From Clostridia bacterium (GTDB taxonomy: Bacteria; Bacillota; Clostridia; Christensenellales; DTU072): a DNA stretch of 64,000 nt. Position 1 is the first letter of the stretch. Each line of letters opens with the position of its first letter. The position numbers and the translations under genes are program-made. Below are positions 49,075 through 63,192 of this stretch, one piece after another. Below the pieces are notes generated by a model, which was not told where the DNA came from, did no database searches, and saw only the letters and a program-made list of their open reading frames with translations. The stretch is from the NCBI GenBank assembly GCA_035409945.1, contig DAONQC010000001.1, positions 87,361 through 151,360 on the forward strand. The letters are read 5' to 3'.

Positions 49075-49091
49075 TTTTTTAATTAAGTAAA

Positions 49092-50321
49092 TTACCTAAA
49101 TATATCTTCGTCTATCACATCGCCTGTAATAACTTCTTGTGTTATGTCGCAGCCACGCTTGAGTATTTCATACCCATACTTAGTTCTTAAATCATCGATT
49201 GCCCTTTCCAACGATTCAGTTTTTACGATGCGTGACTCAAAAAAGCTTAATTGCACCGATTCATTATTATCAATTAAATCATAAGTAGTGACTGTTATGG
49301 CCCTAATAGGCGACATGCTCCCGAAGGAATAAAAACTTAAAAACAATTCGATTGCTTTATTAGCTATAATAGAACTCGAACAAGTGTAGAACCCTAAAAT
49401 CCCTTGTTTGCTCTTCAAATTAAATTCATTATCTTTTACACTTAATGAAACTCCATTGCACAACATATTATATTTTTTTAACCTAAAAGCGACAATTTCT
49501 GATAAGGCATAAATAACCCTTTCAACCTCTTCAAGTTTTTTGATATCTTTGGGTAAGGTAGTGCCATTACCTACACTTTGGTGAGAATGCGATTGAGATG
49601 ACAATAAAATTTCTTCATTATCTTTACCTCTAGCAGAAGCAAGGAGTTTTTCTCCATTTTTTCCCAATTCATTAATAATTATAAAATCATGAGCCTCAGC
49701 TAAATCTCCAATAGTAAAAATATTTAATTGATTTAATACTTTCCTCGTTGCCTGCCCAATAAAAATCATTGACTGCACAGGCAATCCATATAAGATTTCT
49801 TTATAGTTATTTCTACTAATCACGGTAAGACCATATGGCTTCTTTAAATCCGACCCTAGTTTGGCAAAAACTTTCGTAAAAGAAACGCCTACTGAAATGG
49901 TTAAGCCGCCAGTTTTTTCCTTAACCTCTTTTCTAATTTCATCTGCTAATTTTGCGCCTTCTTCAATATCATTTACTTTATTCGTTATATCCAACCAGCA
50001 TTCATCTTGTCCAAAAGTCTCAACTAAATTAGTATAAGACAAATATATCTGATAAATCATATTGGAAAATCTTTTATACTCTACAAAGTTGGGGGCAACT
50101 AGTATTAAATCTGAACATTTTGCGAGTGCCTCACCTATTGTTTCTCCAGTCCTTACTCCTTGTTCGGATGCTAGCCTAGATTTTGCAAGAACTATACCTC
50201 GTCTTAATTCTTTACTTCCTGAAACAGCTATGGGCTTATTTTGTAAACTCGGGTCTAAAACTGCCGCAACTGATGCATAAAAATTATTAACGTCACAATG
50301 TAAAAAGACTTTTTCTTTCAT
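49092..50321 (-). CDS. dinB: Y-family DNA polymerase IV
   Basis: 409 aa with FLHCDVNNFYASV, QDECWLDIT, SVGVS..K.FAK..SD.KKP and the little-finger region. Confidence 0.9.
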   Translation of the reverse strand: MKEKVFLHCDVNNFYASVAAVLDPSLQNKPIAVSGSKELRRGIVLAKSRLASEQGVRTGETIGEALAKCSDLILVAPNFVEYKRFSNMIYQIYLSYTNLVETFGQDECWLDITNKVNDIEEGAKLADEIRKEVKEKTGGLTISVGVSFTKVFAKLGSDLKKPYGLTVISRNNYKEILYGLPVQSMIFIGQATRKVLNQLNIFTIGDLAEAHDFIIINELGKNGEKLLASARGKDNEEILLSSQSHSHQSVGNGTTLPKDIKKLEEVERVIYALSEIVAFRLKKYNMLCNGVSLSVKDNEFNLKSKQGILGFYTCSSSIIANKAIELFLSFYSFGSMSPIRAITVTTYDLIDNNESVQLSFFESRIVKTESLERAIDDLRTKYGYEILKRGCDITQEVITGDVIDEDIFR

Positions 50322-50323
50322 AG

Positions 50324-50899
50324 TTAAAACGTTGGCAATATATTTAATTGTTTTTCAACTTCTTTTTGTAGCGAGTCCGTATCTCCGTCATTTGATATTA
50401 TGATGTCTGCAATGTCGTATATAGTTTCTTCCTTTACTTGTATATCAATTATTTTTTCTGCTAATTCTTTAGATATGTCATCTCTATTTATTATCCTTTC
50501 GACTCTGACTTTACGAGGAGATTTGATCGCCCACAACATATCAAACATGTCAACCATATTAGATTCAACTATTAATGGTACTTCTACAAACAACAATGTT
50601 TTATCAGCAGTATCATATTTTTCAAATATATTTTTAATCCGAGGGTGTGACAATTTATTTAATAATATTCGTTTACTTTCATTGTTAAATATCTCATTTT
50701 TTAAAATTTTTTTATCGATAACTCCATTAACAACCGCTTTAGGAAAATTAATTTCTATTAATGAAACATATTCTCCACATGATAATAACTCCCTATTAAT
50801 TGAATCCATGCTCAAAACCGCATAGCCTTTCGATGCCAAAATTTTAATGACTTCACTTTTCCCAGTTCCAATTCCACCACAAATTGCTATTTTATACAT
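50324..50899 (-). CDS. coaE: Dephospho-CoA kinase
   Basis: The P-loop is IAICGGIGTGKSEV, and LL.E is present. I set the start at the ATG at 50899, which follows the SD AAGGAA and lies downstream of the polA stop at 50913. The track ORF extends into polA. Confidence 0.88.
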   Translation of the reverse strand: MYKIAICGGIGTGKSEVIKILASKGYAVLSMDSINRELLSCGEYVSLIEINFPKAVVNGVIDKKILKNEIFNNESKRILLNKLSHPRIKNIFEKYDTADKTLLFVEVPLIVESNMVDMFDMLWAIKSPRKVRVERIINRDDISKELAEKIIDIQVKEETIYDIADIIISNDGDTDSLQKEVEKQLNILPTF

Positions 50900-50912
50900 A
50901 AAATAAATTCCT

Positions 50913-53579
50913 TTAGCTTGCTTCAAACCAATTACTACCACTTTTAACATCAACTGTTAGAGGAACTTTTAATTCAACGGACTTCTCCATACATTGTTTA
51001 ATAAGCTTTGACATTTCTGACACTTCATCAATAGGTACATCAAAAATTAATTCGTCATGAACTTGAAGAATCATTTTAGATTTAAAGTTTCGTTCTTTTA
51101 TGCCATTATAAACTAAAATCATGGCTTTTTTTATAATATCAGCTGCAGATCCTTGTAAAGGCATGTTTTTAGCAGCTCTCATCGCAAACTCTTGCTCCCT
51201 AGTTTTTCCTGAAATAAACTCAGGGAAAAATCTAATACGGCCAAAAATAGTTTTGATATAATAATTTTCCCTAGCGTAATTCGCATTTGTTTCCATATAC
51301 ATATGTACTTTTGGATGTGTTTCAAAATATCTATCCATAAAACTTTTTGCTTGCGATATACTAGTCTCTGTGTTTTTAGCTAACCCAAAAGCACTTATGC
51401 CGTATATGATACCAAAGTTAATTGCTTTTGCTTTTCTTCTTAAATCGGATTTAACTTCCGAGATCGGTAATCCAAACATTTTTGCCGCAGTAGCAGTATG
51501 GACATCTACATCTTTTTTGTAATAATCAATAAAAATTTCATCTTCGGAAAAATTCGCCACCAACCTTAATTCTATTTGCGAGTAATCAGCTGTTATCAAT
51601 ACATTGCCTGGAGATGCAACTAACATTTTTCTTATTTCCTTTCCTTCATCATTTCTAACTGGCATATTCTGAAGATTTGGCTCAGTCGAAGATAGGCGCC
51701 CTGTTGCAGTAACACACTGTTGAAATACGGTATGAATCTTGTTAGTCTTTCTATTAATTAATCTTTGCATCCCATCAATATATGTAGATAGGAATTTTGT
51801 TGCTGTCCGGTATCTGAGTAATAACTTAGCTATCGGATGGTCTATATTGTATAGCACATCTGCATCAACCGACCAATTTCCGGTTTTTGTTTTATTGCGT
51901 GAAGAAATACCCAGATCAACAAACAAAACCTCAGCTAGTTGTTTGTTTGAGTTAATATTAAACTCCTTACCTGCAATATCATAAATTTCTGTTTTAAGCT
52001 GCTCAATTTCTTCAGTGTATTTTTGAGATAACTCAACAAGGATTCTTTGATCTACGGCAAACCCAGAACATTCCATATCATATAATATATCGATCAGCGG
52101 GCTCTCAATTTCAGTATAAAGTCGCGTTAAATTAAGTTCGTTTAAATCATTGTCTTGAGCTTTTGATAAGTGGAAAAACCAAATAGGATATTGGTCTGTT
52201 AATACCTTTTCCCCTAACAAATCTTTAACGTTTTTATATGTAAAATGACTTCGTAACAAATATTCCTTTAACTGAACATCACTATATGGCATTTTGATAG
52301 CAATATTTATTTTTGCTAATCGATGTTTAAGAGTTTTTAAATCAAAACTAATCTTTTGAATTTTTGGGGACTCGAGGATTTCTTTAAACAACGATAACGC
52401 CTCTTCAAGAGTATAGTTGAAATCGAACAATGAATATGTACAATTCGTTTTATATGCATTGATTCCATCGCTTGTAAAAATCAAATTATCGTCAATATAA
52501 AATGCCACTTTATCTAATTTTGAAATATCTCGCAGGATACCCTTTAAAGAATCTAAACTTGTTATTTCTGTTACCGTAAAATTTAAATTAGGAATAACTC
52601 TCTTATTTAGATATTTTTGTATAATTGAAGGATTTATTATCTCTTGCATACTGTAATGTTCTTTTCTATCATCTTCTGTAGACTCTATTAATTCTAAGCC
52701 TTCTCCTTCATCATTTTTATGTAGGTTGGTAAATAGTTTTGAATATCTTGAAACAAGAGATTTCATTTCTAAAAAATCTAAATAATCATTAAATCTATCT
52801 GATGCGTTATAGTGTAGTGTAAAATAATCTAAAGTATAATCTAAAGCTAAATCGGTCTTAATCGTAGCAAGAATTTTAGAAAGCTTGATTATGTCTTTAT
52901 TCTTTCTAATAGTCTCTCCTAGTTTGCCCGATAGTTTATCAGCCGATAGTAATAAATTATCCAAATTATCAAATTCTATTAAAAGCTTCTTTGCTCTAAT
53001 ATCTCCTATACCTGGTGCTCCTGGAATATTATCAGAAGTATCTCCTGCTAAAGCTTTATAATCTATAATTTGGTTGGGTGTAAAACCTTCTTTTTTCAAT
53101 TCATTAATTGTATATTTTCTTGTTTGCGAAACTCCTCTTTGTGTTAATATAACTTCTGTTGAATCAGAAATTAATTGTAGAACATCCCTATCTCCACTCA
53201 CTATCTTAGTTTTAATATTATATTTTTTTGATAAGGTCCCTATTACATCATCAGCTTCAAACCCTTCTTTTTCTATTGTTTTTATGCCAAGCGATTCCAA
53301 AATTTCTTTAATTAACGGAAATTGCTCAACTAATTCTTCAGGCATAGGTTTTCTTGTTCCTTTGTATTCAGGATAAATATTATTTCTAAACGAAGGGGTT
53401 TTTGTATCAAAAACCACACAAATGTGAGTAGGTGTTTCTTCCTCCAATAATCTATATAGCATCGTTAAAAAACCGTAAATGCCATTCGTTATAATCCCTT
53501 TACTATTTGATAATTGTGGTAAAGCATAAAACGCTCTATACATCAAACTGTGTCCATCGATTAAAATCATCGTTTCCAT
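50913..53579 (-). CDS. polA: DNA polymerase I
   Basis: 888 aa with a 5'-nuclease domain (LIDGHSLMYRAFYA, GDRDVLQL, SDNIPGAPGIG) and the family A polymerase motifs A (LITADYSQIELRL), B (RRKAKAINFGIIYG) and C (QVHDEL). Confidence 0.96.
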   Translation of the reverse strand: METMILIDGHSLMYRAFYALPQLSNSKGIITNGIYGFLTMLYRLLEEETPTHICVVFDTKTPSFRNNIYPEYKGTRKPMPEELVEQFPLIKEILESLGIKTIEKEGFEADDVIGTLSKKYNIKTKIVSGDRDVLQLISDSTEVILTQRGVSQTRKYTINELKKEGFTPNQIIDYKALAGDTSDNIPGAPGIGDIRAKKLLIEFDNLDNLLLSADKLSGKLGETIRKNKDIIKLSKILATIKTDLALDYTLDYFTLHYNASDRFNDYLDFLEMKSLVSRYSKLFTNLHKNDEGEGLELIESTEDDRKEHYSMQEIINPSIIQKYLNKRVIPNLNFTVTEITSLDSLKGILRDISKLDKVAFYIDDNLIFTSDGINAYKTNCTYSLFDFNYTLEEALSLFKEILESPKIQKISFDLKTLKHRLAKINIAIKMPYSDVQLKEYLLRSHFTYKNVKDLLGEKVLTDQYPIWFFHLSKAQDNDLNELNLTRLYTEIESPLIDILYDMECSGFAVDQRILVELSQKYTEEIEQLKTEIYDIAGKEFNINSNKQLAEVLFVDLGISSRNKTKTGNWSVDADVLYNIDHPIAKLLLRYRTATKFLSTYIDGMQRLINRKTNKIHTVFQQCVTATGRLSSTEPNLQNMPVRNDEGKEIRKMLVASPGNVLITADYSQIELRLVANFSEDEIFIDYYKKDVDVHTATAAKMFGLPISEVKSDLRRKAKAINFGIIYGISAFGLAKNTETSISQAKSFMDRYFETHPKVHMYMETNANYARENYYIKTIFGRIRFFPEFISGKTREQEFAMRAAKNMPLQGSAADIIKKAMILVYNGIKERNFKSKMILQVHDELIFDVPIDEVSEMSKLIKQCMEKSVELKVPLTVDVKSGSNWFEAS

Positions 53580-53611
53580 TCTTCAGCGCCTCTCTCAAAG
53601 TTCCTATAACT

Positions 53612-54988
53612 TTAACTCATTTTCAATTTCATATCATCAAGTTTAATCCAACCCACTTTTCTTAAAAGGACGGATACGCCAAGAGATATAGCTGCTGGCA
53701 AGATGAAGCACAACAATACAATTCCTAACCACATTTGCCAAGCAGGTATTATTCCTGAAGATGCCTCAATGATCCCAATTATTCCAACCAGACCGCTTGT
53801 GCCCATACCTCCACCAGCTGCATTACATCTTAACTTGAAAACACAGGTTGACAAAGGTCCAACTACCATACTTGAAACAATTTGTGGTATTAAAATCTTT
53901 GGATTTTTCATAAGATTGGGTATTTGTAACATACTAGTACCCAAGCCTTGTGCAATTAAACCACCCCACCTGTTTTCTTTGAAACTAGATACAGCAAAAC
54001 CAATCATGTGAGCACAACAACCTACACATGCAGCTCCTCCCGCTATTAACATAACATCGGAGTTAGCAGAAGGAAGTGCAATGGCAATCCATATTGCCGC
54101 AGACGATGTGGGTAAAGTTAATAACAAGCCCATAACAACAGAAATAAGAACTCCCATTATAAACGGAGCGGCGCCTGTAGCATATTCAAGAGCAATACGA
54201 ATTAAATCAACGAGCTTAACAAACGGCCATGCAATATATACCGACAACATAGCAGTAAAAATCATACATAATGGAACTATCAATATATCGACTTTAGTTT
54301 TACCAGACACTATGTTGCCAACTTCAGTTGCAATTAAAGCACACACATAAGCACTGATGGGATTCCCCGGCGAGCTTACTGCTACAATTGGTTTATTATT
54401 TAAAAAGGAAACCCAATCTCCATTTAAAAAACTCATGGCAAACGAACCTATCATACCTGCAACTAATGCAGAAAAAATAGTTAGAGCACTCCCTTTTAAC
54501 GCTTTCGCTATACCTGCACCTATACCAGCACCCATTAAAAAAGAAGCAATTGTGCCAACTGTCATTAATGCATTACCAACGGTAAGAGCAGCGGGAGTTG
54601 CTGCTTTTAAAATTAATAACCCTAGCTGCTTTATAATTGTGCCTGCAATTAATGTTACAAATAATCCCTGGGCCATCCCACTGAAGGCAGAAATGAACCA
54701 TCTATTGCTAACCTTTTTTATAAAAGAAATTACATCTGCTTTTTTTACATTTTTTACACAAAACTTTTTTTTCTTAGTTCCATCTTTATGGCAAACATCT
54801 TCCTTGATAGTTTGGACATTACCCTCTTCAATATTCTTTGTAGTCATCACTTTATCGCTAGAATCATTTATTTTATCTGTCTCAACAATTTGTCTGTCAG
54901 ACACTCCAACGACATCTTGTTTAATATTATCTTTAGCTAAATCGGCAGTATCATTTGCCTCTTCTTTAATTGGCTTTTTTTCTGTCAT
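53612..54988 (-). CDS. PTS EIIC-like (PF13303-type) polytopic membrane protein with ~95-aa hydrophilic N-terminal extension
   Basis: 458 aa with GMAQGLFVTLIAGTIIKQLG, LPTSSAAIWIA, GLGTSMLQIPN and GGGMGTSGLVG. The family assignment is from memory. No EIIA, EIIB or HPr gene is nearby. Confidence 0.5.
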   Translation of the reverse strand: MTEKKPIKEEANDTADLAKDNIKQDVVGVSDRQIVETDKINDSSDKVMTTKNIEEGNVQTIKEDVCHKDGTKKKKFCVKNVKKADVISFIKKVSNRWFISAFSGMAQGLFVTLIAGTIIKQLGLLILKAATPAALTVGNALMTVGTIASFLMGAGIGAGIAKALKGSALTIFSALVAGMIGSFAMSFLNGDWVSFLNNKPIVAVSSPGNPISAYVCALIATEVGNIVSGKTKVDILIVPLCMIFTAMLSVYIAWPFVKLVDLIRIALEYATGAAPFIMGVLISVVMGLLLTLPTSSAAIWIAIALPSANSDVMLIAGGAACVGCCAHMIGFAVSSFKENRWGGLIAQGLGTSMLQIPNLMKNPKILIPQIVSSMVVGPLSTCVFKLRCNAAGGGMGTSGLVGIIGIIEASSGIIPAWQMWLGIVLLCFILPAAISLGVSVLLRKVGWIKLDDMKLKMS

Positions 54989-54991
54989 TTT

Positions 54992-56140
54992 TTAACTCCT
55001 GTATGCATTAATCAATAGTTGTATTGCTTGCACTACCGGATTAATGGTATTTTTTTTATATTTATCGGAAATTTCCATTTCCTTTAAAAATGTTTCAATA
55101 GAATAAATCTGAAATTTTTCAATTTTGTTATCATCAGCTAAAAATTCAATTGTCTTTAAAAAAACCTCTGCATCATTTAATGCCTTATCTAACTTTAAAA
55201 ACCCTTTCATTTCTTTGAACAACCTTGTCGTTAATGCCTTTTTATTACCTTTTTCACTAAATAAAGTCGATAAATTAACAAAAAAATTAGATTGTTGAGA
55301 TTCTATTAAATTGTAGACATAACTATTTGTAACATTCTTGAAATAAAATTTTTCTCCCATTAAATTATCTAAATATCTAACAGCATCATAATAACCTAAC
55401 TTTAAATTACCAAGAATGTTTTTATTTCTTAAATCAAGGGTATTACCGAGAGGTTTGCTTGGGATTATATAGTCAACCTTAACACTTTTATCGGCAACGC
55501 GTCTCGCTGGCATTTTGCTCAATGTTGAAATGACAATTATTTTCTTGTAACCACCCCTTCTAATTAACGGATTTACAGGACAATTATCATATATACCGCC
55601 ATCAATAAAAACCCTACCATCGATACGGGGACGCCGGAATGCTGGATAATAAGCACTTGCTAACACATATTTTTTTAGCATGCCAGCAGGCATTTGATCT
55701 TTGAAAATTTCTATTGGTAACCAATCGGAGGTAATATCAACGGTTATAATTCCGAAATCGATATTACTTTTCCTAATCTTATCCTCAATTATAAGGTTAT
55801 TAACAATATCTTCTAAACGTTGAATAGAAATGCCTTTGTTAGTTATGGCAGTTTTAGCAAGTCCTATAAAATATGGTATTTCTTTAACTTGTATCTTTGC
55901 ATCACTAAAAATAGAGTCAATCTTTGCATCATCAATGTCTAATAGCGTCGAAGGCGTTACTGTTTGCCAAAAGTCGTAACACTTATCAAAATCTCCTTGT
56001 GCAACCATAGCTCCATTCAAAGCACCTATAGACGTACCTGCAACACCAGCGAACTGAAAGCCTCTTTCAAATAAAGCTTTTAAAGCACCTATATGAAAAG
56101 CTCCTTTAGCCCCTCCCCCCTCCAAAACCAATCCTAGCAT
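54992..56140 (-). CDS. Patatin-like phospholipase
   Basis: 382 aa with the oxyanion GGGAKGAFHIG, the nucleophile GTSIGA and the DGG catalytic Asp (FIDGGIYDN). Confidence 0.88.
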   Translation of the reverse strand: MLGLVLEGGGAKGAFHIGALKALFERGFQFAGVAGTSIGALNGAMVAQGDFDKCYDFWQTVTPSTLLDIDDAKIDSIFSDAKIQVKEIPYFIGLAKTAITNKGISIQRLEDIVNNLIIEDKIRKSNIDFGIITVDITSDWLPIEIFKDQMPAGMLKKYVLASAYYPAFRRPRIDGRVFIDGGIYDNCPVNPLIRRGGYKKIIVISTLSKMPARRVADKSVKVDYIIPSKPLGNTLDLRNKNILGNLKLGYYDAVRYLDNLMGEKFYFKNVTNSYVYNLIESQQSNFFVNLSTLFSEKGNKKALTTRLFKEMKGFLKLDKALNDAEVFLKTIEFLADDNKIEKFQIYSIETFLKEMEISDKYKKNTINPVVQAIQLLINAYRS

Positions 56141-56160
56141 AACATATGTTCAGCTCCTGT

Positions 56161-59229
<3,069 letters not shown>

Positions 59230-59347
59230 CTATTTATAATCATAAATTTACAAGTTATTATACCATAAATACACTTATATCGTACAGTCAACAAAACATC
59301 AGCTATATTATTCTTTAGGATTGACTAATGTTTCTTAATACCAAATA

Positions 59348-59381
59348 TAAAAAATGCGAAGCATTACGACTTCGCATTTTC
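59348..59381 (-). terminator. Terminator after dapL (bidirectional shape)
   Basis: ATGCGAAG-cattacga-CTTCGCAT flanked by an A-run and a T-run. Confidence 0.75.
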
Positions 59382-59396
59382 TTATTATCTATGAAA

Positions 59397-60587
59397 CTAA
59401 TGCAATTCTTTCAAGAATTCCTTTAGCCTACTCATCGCTTCAACCGTATTTTCTAAAGTATTAAACGAAGTAAGTCGGAAAAACCCTTCCCCACACTTGC
59501 CAAAGCCACTTCCAGGGGTGCCCACAATTTGTGCTTTATTTAGTAGAAGATCAAAGAACTCCCAACTATCCATTCCACATTTTAACCAAATATATGGTGA
59601 ATTTATTCCTCCTGTAAACCAAACGTTGCTCTCTTTTAACGTTTTCGAAATTATTTTAGCATTATTCATGTAGTAATTAATATTTTCCTTGCAAGCAGAA
59701 ATACCTTCTTGTGAAAAAACAGCTTCTGCGCCTCTTTGAACAATATATGACGTTCCATTAAATTTCGTTGTTTGTCTTCTCAACCACATTTTGTTTAATG
59801 ACAAGCCATCAATGGTAATATCCTCTGGAACTATCGTATATCCGCACCTAGTTCCAGTAAAACCAGCAGTTTTGCTTAAAGAACAAAATTCAACAGCACA
59901 GTTTCTTGCTCCTTCAATTTCATATATTGACCTTGGCAAAGAACTGTCTGCAATAAAAGCTTCATAAGCACTATCAAAAAATATTATTATGTTATTTTTC
60001 AGAGCAAAGTCAACCCACTCTTTAAGTTGATCATGGTTATATACTGCCCCAGTTGGGTTATTGGGCGAACAAAGATAGACTATATCTCCTTTTGTATTCT
60101 CATCTGGTAAAGGTAAAAATCCATTTTCTTCATTACCTTCGATAAACACTATCTTCCGGCCAAACATTAAATTACTGTCTAAGTAGACGGGATAAACAGG
60201 ATCGGGAATGATAATAGTATTTTCATTTGAGAATAGCTCAGTAAAGTTAGCAATGTCACTCTTAGCTCCATCACTTATAAAAATCTCATTACCCTTTAGT
60301 TGTACATTGCAATTGTCTATATAATATTTTTGAATAGATTGTCTAAGGAATCCATATCCTTGCTCATCACCGTATCCTTTAAACGTTTCTTTATTGCCCA
60401 TTTCGGACGAGGCATTAATTAGAGCATCTACTACTGGCTTAACTAAAGGTAAAGTTACATCACCGATCCCCATTCTTATAATTTCCTTATTAGGGAAAGC
60501 TGTTCTATAGTCGCTTACCTTTCGCGCTATATCGGAAAATAGATAGTTTGTTTTTAAATTGCTATAGTTCAAGTTGATTTTAGCCAT
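59397..60587 (-). CDS. dapL: LL-diaminopimelate aminotransferase
   Basis: DapL-type N-terminus (MAKINLNYSNLKTNYLF..I), SPNNPTG and the SLSKTAGFTG.R PLP-lysine context. The start ATG at 60587 follows the SD GAGAGGAAA. Confidence 0.88.
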   Translation of the reverse strand: MAKINLNYSNLKTNYLFSDIARKVSDYRTAFPNKEIIRMGIGDVTLPLVKPVVDALINASSEMGNKETFKGYGDEQGYGFLRQSIQKYYIDNCNVQLKGNEIFISDGAKSDIANFTELFSNENTIIIPDPVYPVYLDSNLMFGRKIVFIEGNEENGFLPLPDENTKGDIVYLCSPNNPTGAVYNHDQLKEWVDFALKNNIIIFFDSAYEAFIADSSLPRSIYEIEGARNCAVEFCSLSKTAGFTGTRCGYTIVPEDITIDGLSLNKMWLRRQTTKFNGTSYIVQRGAEAVFSQEGISACKENINYYMNNAKIISKTLKESNVWFTGGINSPYIWLKCGMDSWEFFDLLLNKAQIVGTPGSGFGKCGEGFFRLTSFNTLENTVEAMSRLKEFLKELH

Positions 60588-60610
60588 ATAATTTCCTCTC
60601 ACATAATCTT

Positions 60611-61312
60611 CTATTTAATATATAAAATCCTTTGACACTCTGGACAGTGTGTTGTTGATTCCTTTTGAAGCTTTCTAGACACCTCTGCTTCGACATCTTT
60701 ATTACATCCACTACAGAATCCATCAACATACTCGCATATAAAAGGAGCAGTTTTCACATTGTTTTTGGTTTTTTTATAACTTTCAAGATCCTCTGGCAGT
60801 AATTCACTTTCAATTTTTGCCATTCTATCTTTAATTGGTGTAATTTTTTCTTTTATAATGGTAAGGACATTATTATCAAATTCTTTCTTTTTTTGGGTTA
60901 GTAAAATGCAAGCCTTTTTCCAATTAGTAATAATATCTGGATGCTTATTGGCGATAACTTCCAATTTTTCAATTTCCTTTATTTTTCCCTCTAATTTGTT
61001 GGCATCTTGCTCAATATCACCAATTTCTTTCTCAACGGGCAATAATTGATCGAGTGTTTCGCATCTTTCTATCTCTTCTTGTAAAAATTGAATTTTTTCA
61101 TCTAAATCTGATATTTCCGTGCCGAAAGAACCTTCCATTAAATTTAATTCATTTCGTTTTTTTTCAGCTTCTTTGCCTTCTTCATACAACTTATTCACCA
61201 ACGCGTTTATTTGGCGAAGATATTGTGACTGAGGGCTGTTTTTTATAGCTTCTTCAATAGCTATAATTTTTTGGTCTTCCTCTTGATACTCTAACAACTT
61301 TGCTATATTCAT
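60611..61312 (-). CDS. COG1579-type coiled-coil protein with C-terminal C4 zinc ribbon
   Basis: 233 aa with a long coiled coil and C..C...18...C..C (CSGCNKDV...HCPECQRIL). The adjacency downstream of nif3 is conserved. Confidence 0.75.
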   Translation of the reverse strand: MNIAKLLEYQEEDQKIIAIEEAIKNSPQSQYLRQINALVNKLYEEGKEAEKKRNELNLMEGSFGTEISDLDEKIQFLQEEIERCETLDQLLPVEKEIGDIEQDANKLEGKIKEIEKLEVIANKHPDIITNWKKACILLTQKKKEFDNNVLTIIKEKITPIKDRMAKIESELLPEDLESYKKTKNNVKTAPFICEYVDGFCSGCNKDVEAEVSRKLQKESTTHCPECQRILYIK

Positions 61313-62119
61313 TTATTTATGTACTCCTTGTATTGGACTATTACATTTAGCAGACATATAAACGGGACTTTGTACACCATTTTCCATTAGTTTATCATAT
61401 ATAAGATTCAAAAAATGTATTTCGCTGCTAAAATGACTAAGGGAGATTATAGCATAATTACTATCGTTTGCCAATCTTAGTTGATGGTGTTTGAACTCTG
61501 AGCTTACAAAAGCATCCACTCCACAATTAAAAACCTTATCTATAACTACATCATTAGCGCCTGCACCATTGATGCACGCTATTCTCTTTATTAACTTATG
61601 AGGCTCTCCTGTGAAAAAAACTGTATTATCGTTAAAAGAGCGTGAAATTTCACTAGCTAATTCTTTCAATAATTTAGGTTTCTTTAAAGTACCGATCCTA
61701 GGAGAAAGCGGGTCTTCACTATCTAATTTCATAGAAAAATCGCAACCTAGCAATTCTGCGAATTTATCATTTAATCCGCCTGGTGCAAAATCAACATTTG
61801 AATGAGCTGCATATATGGAAATATCCTTTTTCGCACAAAGGTCTATAATCTTTCCCATTGAAGAGCAAGTATCAATTTTTTGTATCGGATTAAATATTGT
61901 AGGATGATGTTCTATTATTAAATTACAATTTTTGTTAACTGCTTCTAGTACAATTTCTGGTGTCAAATCTAATGTTATAAGAACACCAGTAACTTCATTA
62001 TCAAGATGCCCGTAAATTAATCCTATATTATCATACATCCCGTCTTTAAGGTGTATAGGGGGAGCAAAACTTTCGATTATTTGAGCAATATCTTTTATCT
62101 TTACCATTTTCTTTTTCAT
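61313..62119 (-). CDS. Nif3-like dinuclear metal centre protein (GTP cyclohydrolase 1 type 2 homolog)
   Basis: 268 aa with LIIEHHP, YAAHSNVD and ISLSHFSSE. Confidence 0.85.
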   Translation of the reverse strand: MKKKMVKIKDIAQIIESFAPPIHLKDGMYDNIGLIYGHLDNEVTGVLITLDLTPEIVLEAVNKNCNLIIEHHPTIFNPIQKIDTCSSMGKIIDLCAKKDISIYAAHSNVDFAPGGLNDKFAELLGCDFSMKLDSEDPLSPRIGTLKKPKLLKELASEISRSFNDNTVFFTGEPHKLIKRIACINGAGANDVVIDKVFNCGVDAFVSSEFKHHQLRLANDSNYAIISLSHFSSEIHFLNLIYDKLMENGVQSPVYMSAKCNSPIQGVHK

Positions 62120-62120
62120 G

Positions 62121-63191
62121 TTATGCCTTTTCCAAAAAATCTCTCAATTTCTTCGAGCGGGTAGGATTTTTTAACCGCCTTAATGCTTTCGCTTCTATTT
62201 GTCTTATTCTTTCCCTAGTGACATTAAAAACTTTACCCACTTCTTCCAAAGTTCTTGGATTTTTGTCTCTTAAGCCAAATCTTAATATTAACACCATGGC
62301 TTCTCGAGGGCTTAATGTTTCAAGCACCTTGTTTAATTCATCTTTTAGCATGTTCATTTCCGCTACTTCAATGGGAGAAACAGCGCTTGTATCTTCTATA
62401 AACTCACCTAAATGGCTATCATCCTCTTCGCCTATAGGCGTCTCTAAAGACACTGGCTCCTGAGCAACTTGTTGAATTTCTATGACTTTGCTTTCAGGTA
62501 TTTGCATTGCTTCAGCAATTTCAGCAATAGTTGGTTCTCTACCAAGTTCTTGAAGTAAGTTCCTTTGAATTTTTGATAATTTATTTATAGTTTCTACCAT
62601 ATGAACAGGAATCCTAATTGTTCTTGCTTGGTCTGCAATAGACCTAGTAATTGCTTGTCTAATCCACCAGGTTGCATATGTTGAAAACTTAAATCCTTTT
62701 TCATGGTCAAATTTTTCAACGGCTTTAATCAATCCAAGATTGCCTTCCTGTATTAAATCTAAAAATGACATACCTCTGCCTGTATATCTCTTGGCAATAC
62801 TTACTACCAAGCGTAAATTGGCAGTTATCAATGCATTTCTTGCCTCTTGATCTCCTTCGGCAACTTTCTTTGCAATTACTCTTTCTTCTTCGGGTGTTAA
62901 TAAAGGAACTCGACCAATATCTTTTAAATACATTTTTACACTATCACTTACATTAATTTCTTTAGAAATTTTATCATAGATGGCAGCTTTATCTTCGGAA
63001 TCATCTTCTTGACTAATTTGCATTCCTTCTGCTTCAATCGCAGCATAAAGCGCTTCCATATCTTCAGCGGTTAGCACTTCTTTTCCGATTTGCTCTTCAA
63101 TTTGCTCTACAGTAACAGTTCCCTTCCCTTTATACTTTTTAACAATTTTAGCTTTCACATTTTCAATTTGTTGTTCAATATTTTTTGCCAT
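62121..63191 (-). CDS. sigA: Primary RNA polymerase sigma factor
   Basis: 356 aa covering regions 1.2-4.2, with [43 protein letters not shown] and [20 protein letters not shown]. Confidence 0.96.
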   Translation of the reverse strand: MAKNIEQQIENVKAKIVKKYKGKGTVTVEQIEEQIGKEVLTAEDMEALYAAIEAEGMQISQEDDSEDKAAIYDKISKEINVSDSVKMYLKDIGRVPLLTPEEERVIAKKVAEGDQEARNALITANLRLVVSIAKRYTGRGMSFLDLIQEGNLGLIKAVEKFDHEKGFKFSTYATWWIRQAITRSIADQARTIRIPVHMVETINKLSKIQRNLLQELGREPTIAEIAEAMQIPESKVIEIQQVAQEPVSLETPIGEEDDSHLGEFIEDTSAVSPIEVAEMNMLKDELNKVLETLSPREAMVLILRFGLRDKNPRTLEEVGKVFNVTRERIRQIEAKALRRLKNPTRSKKLRDFLEKA

Positions 63192-63192
63192 T

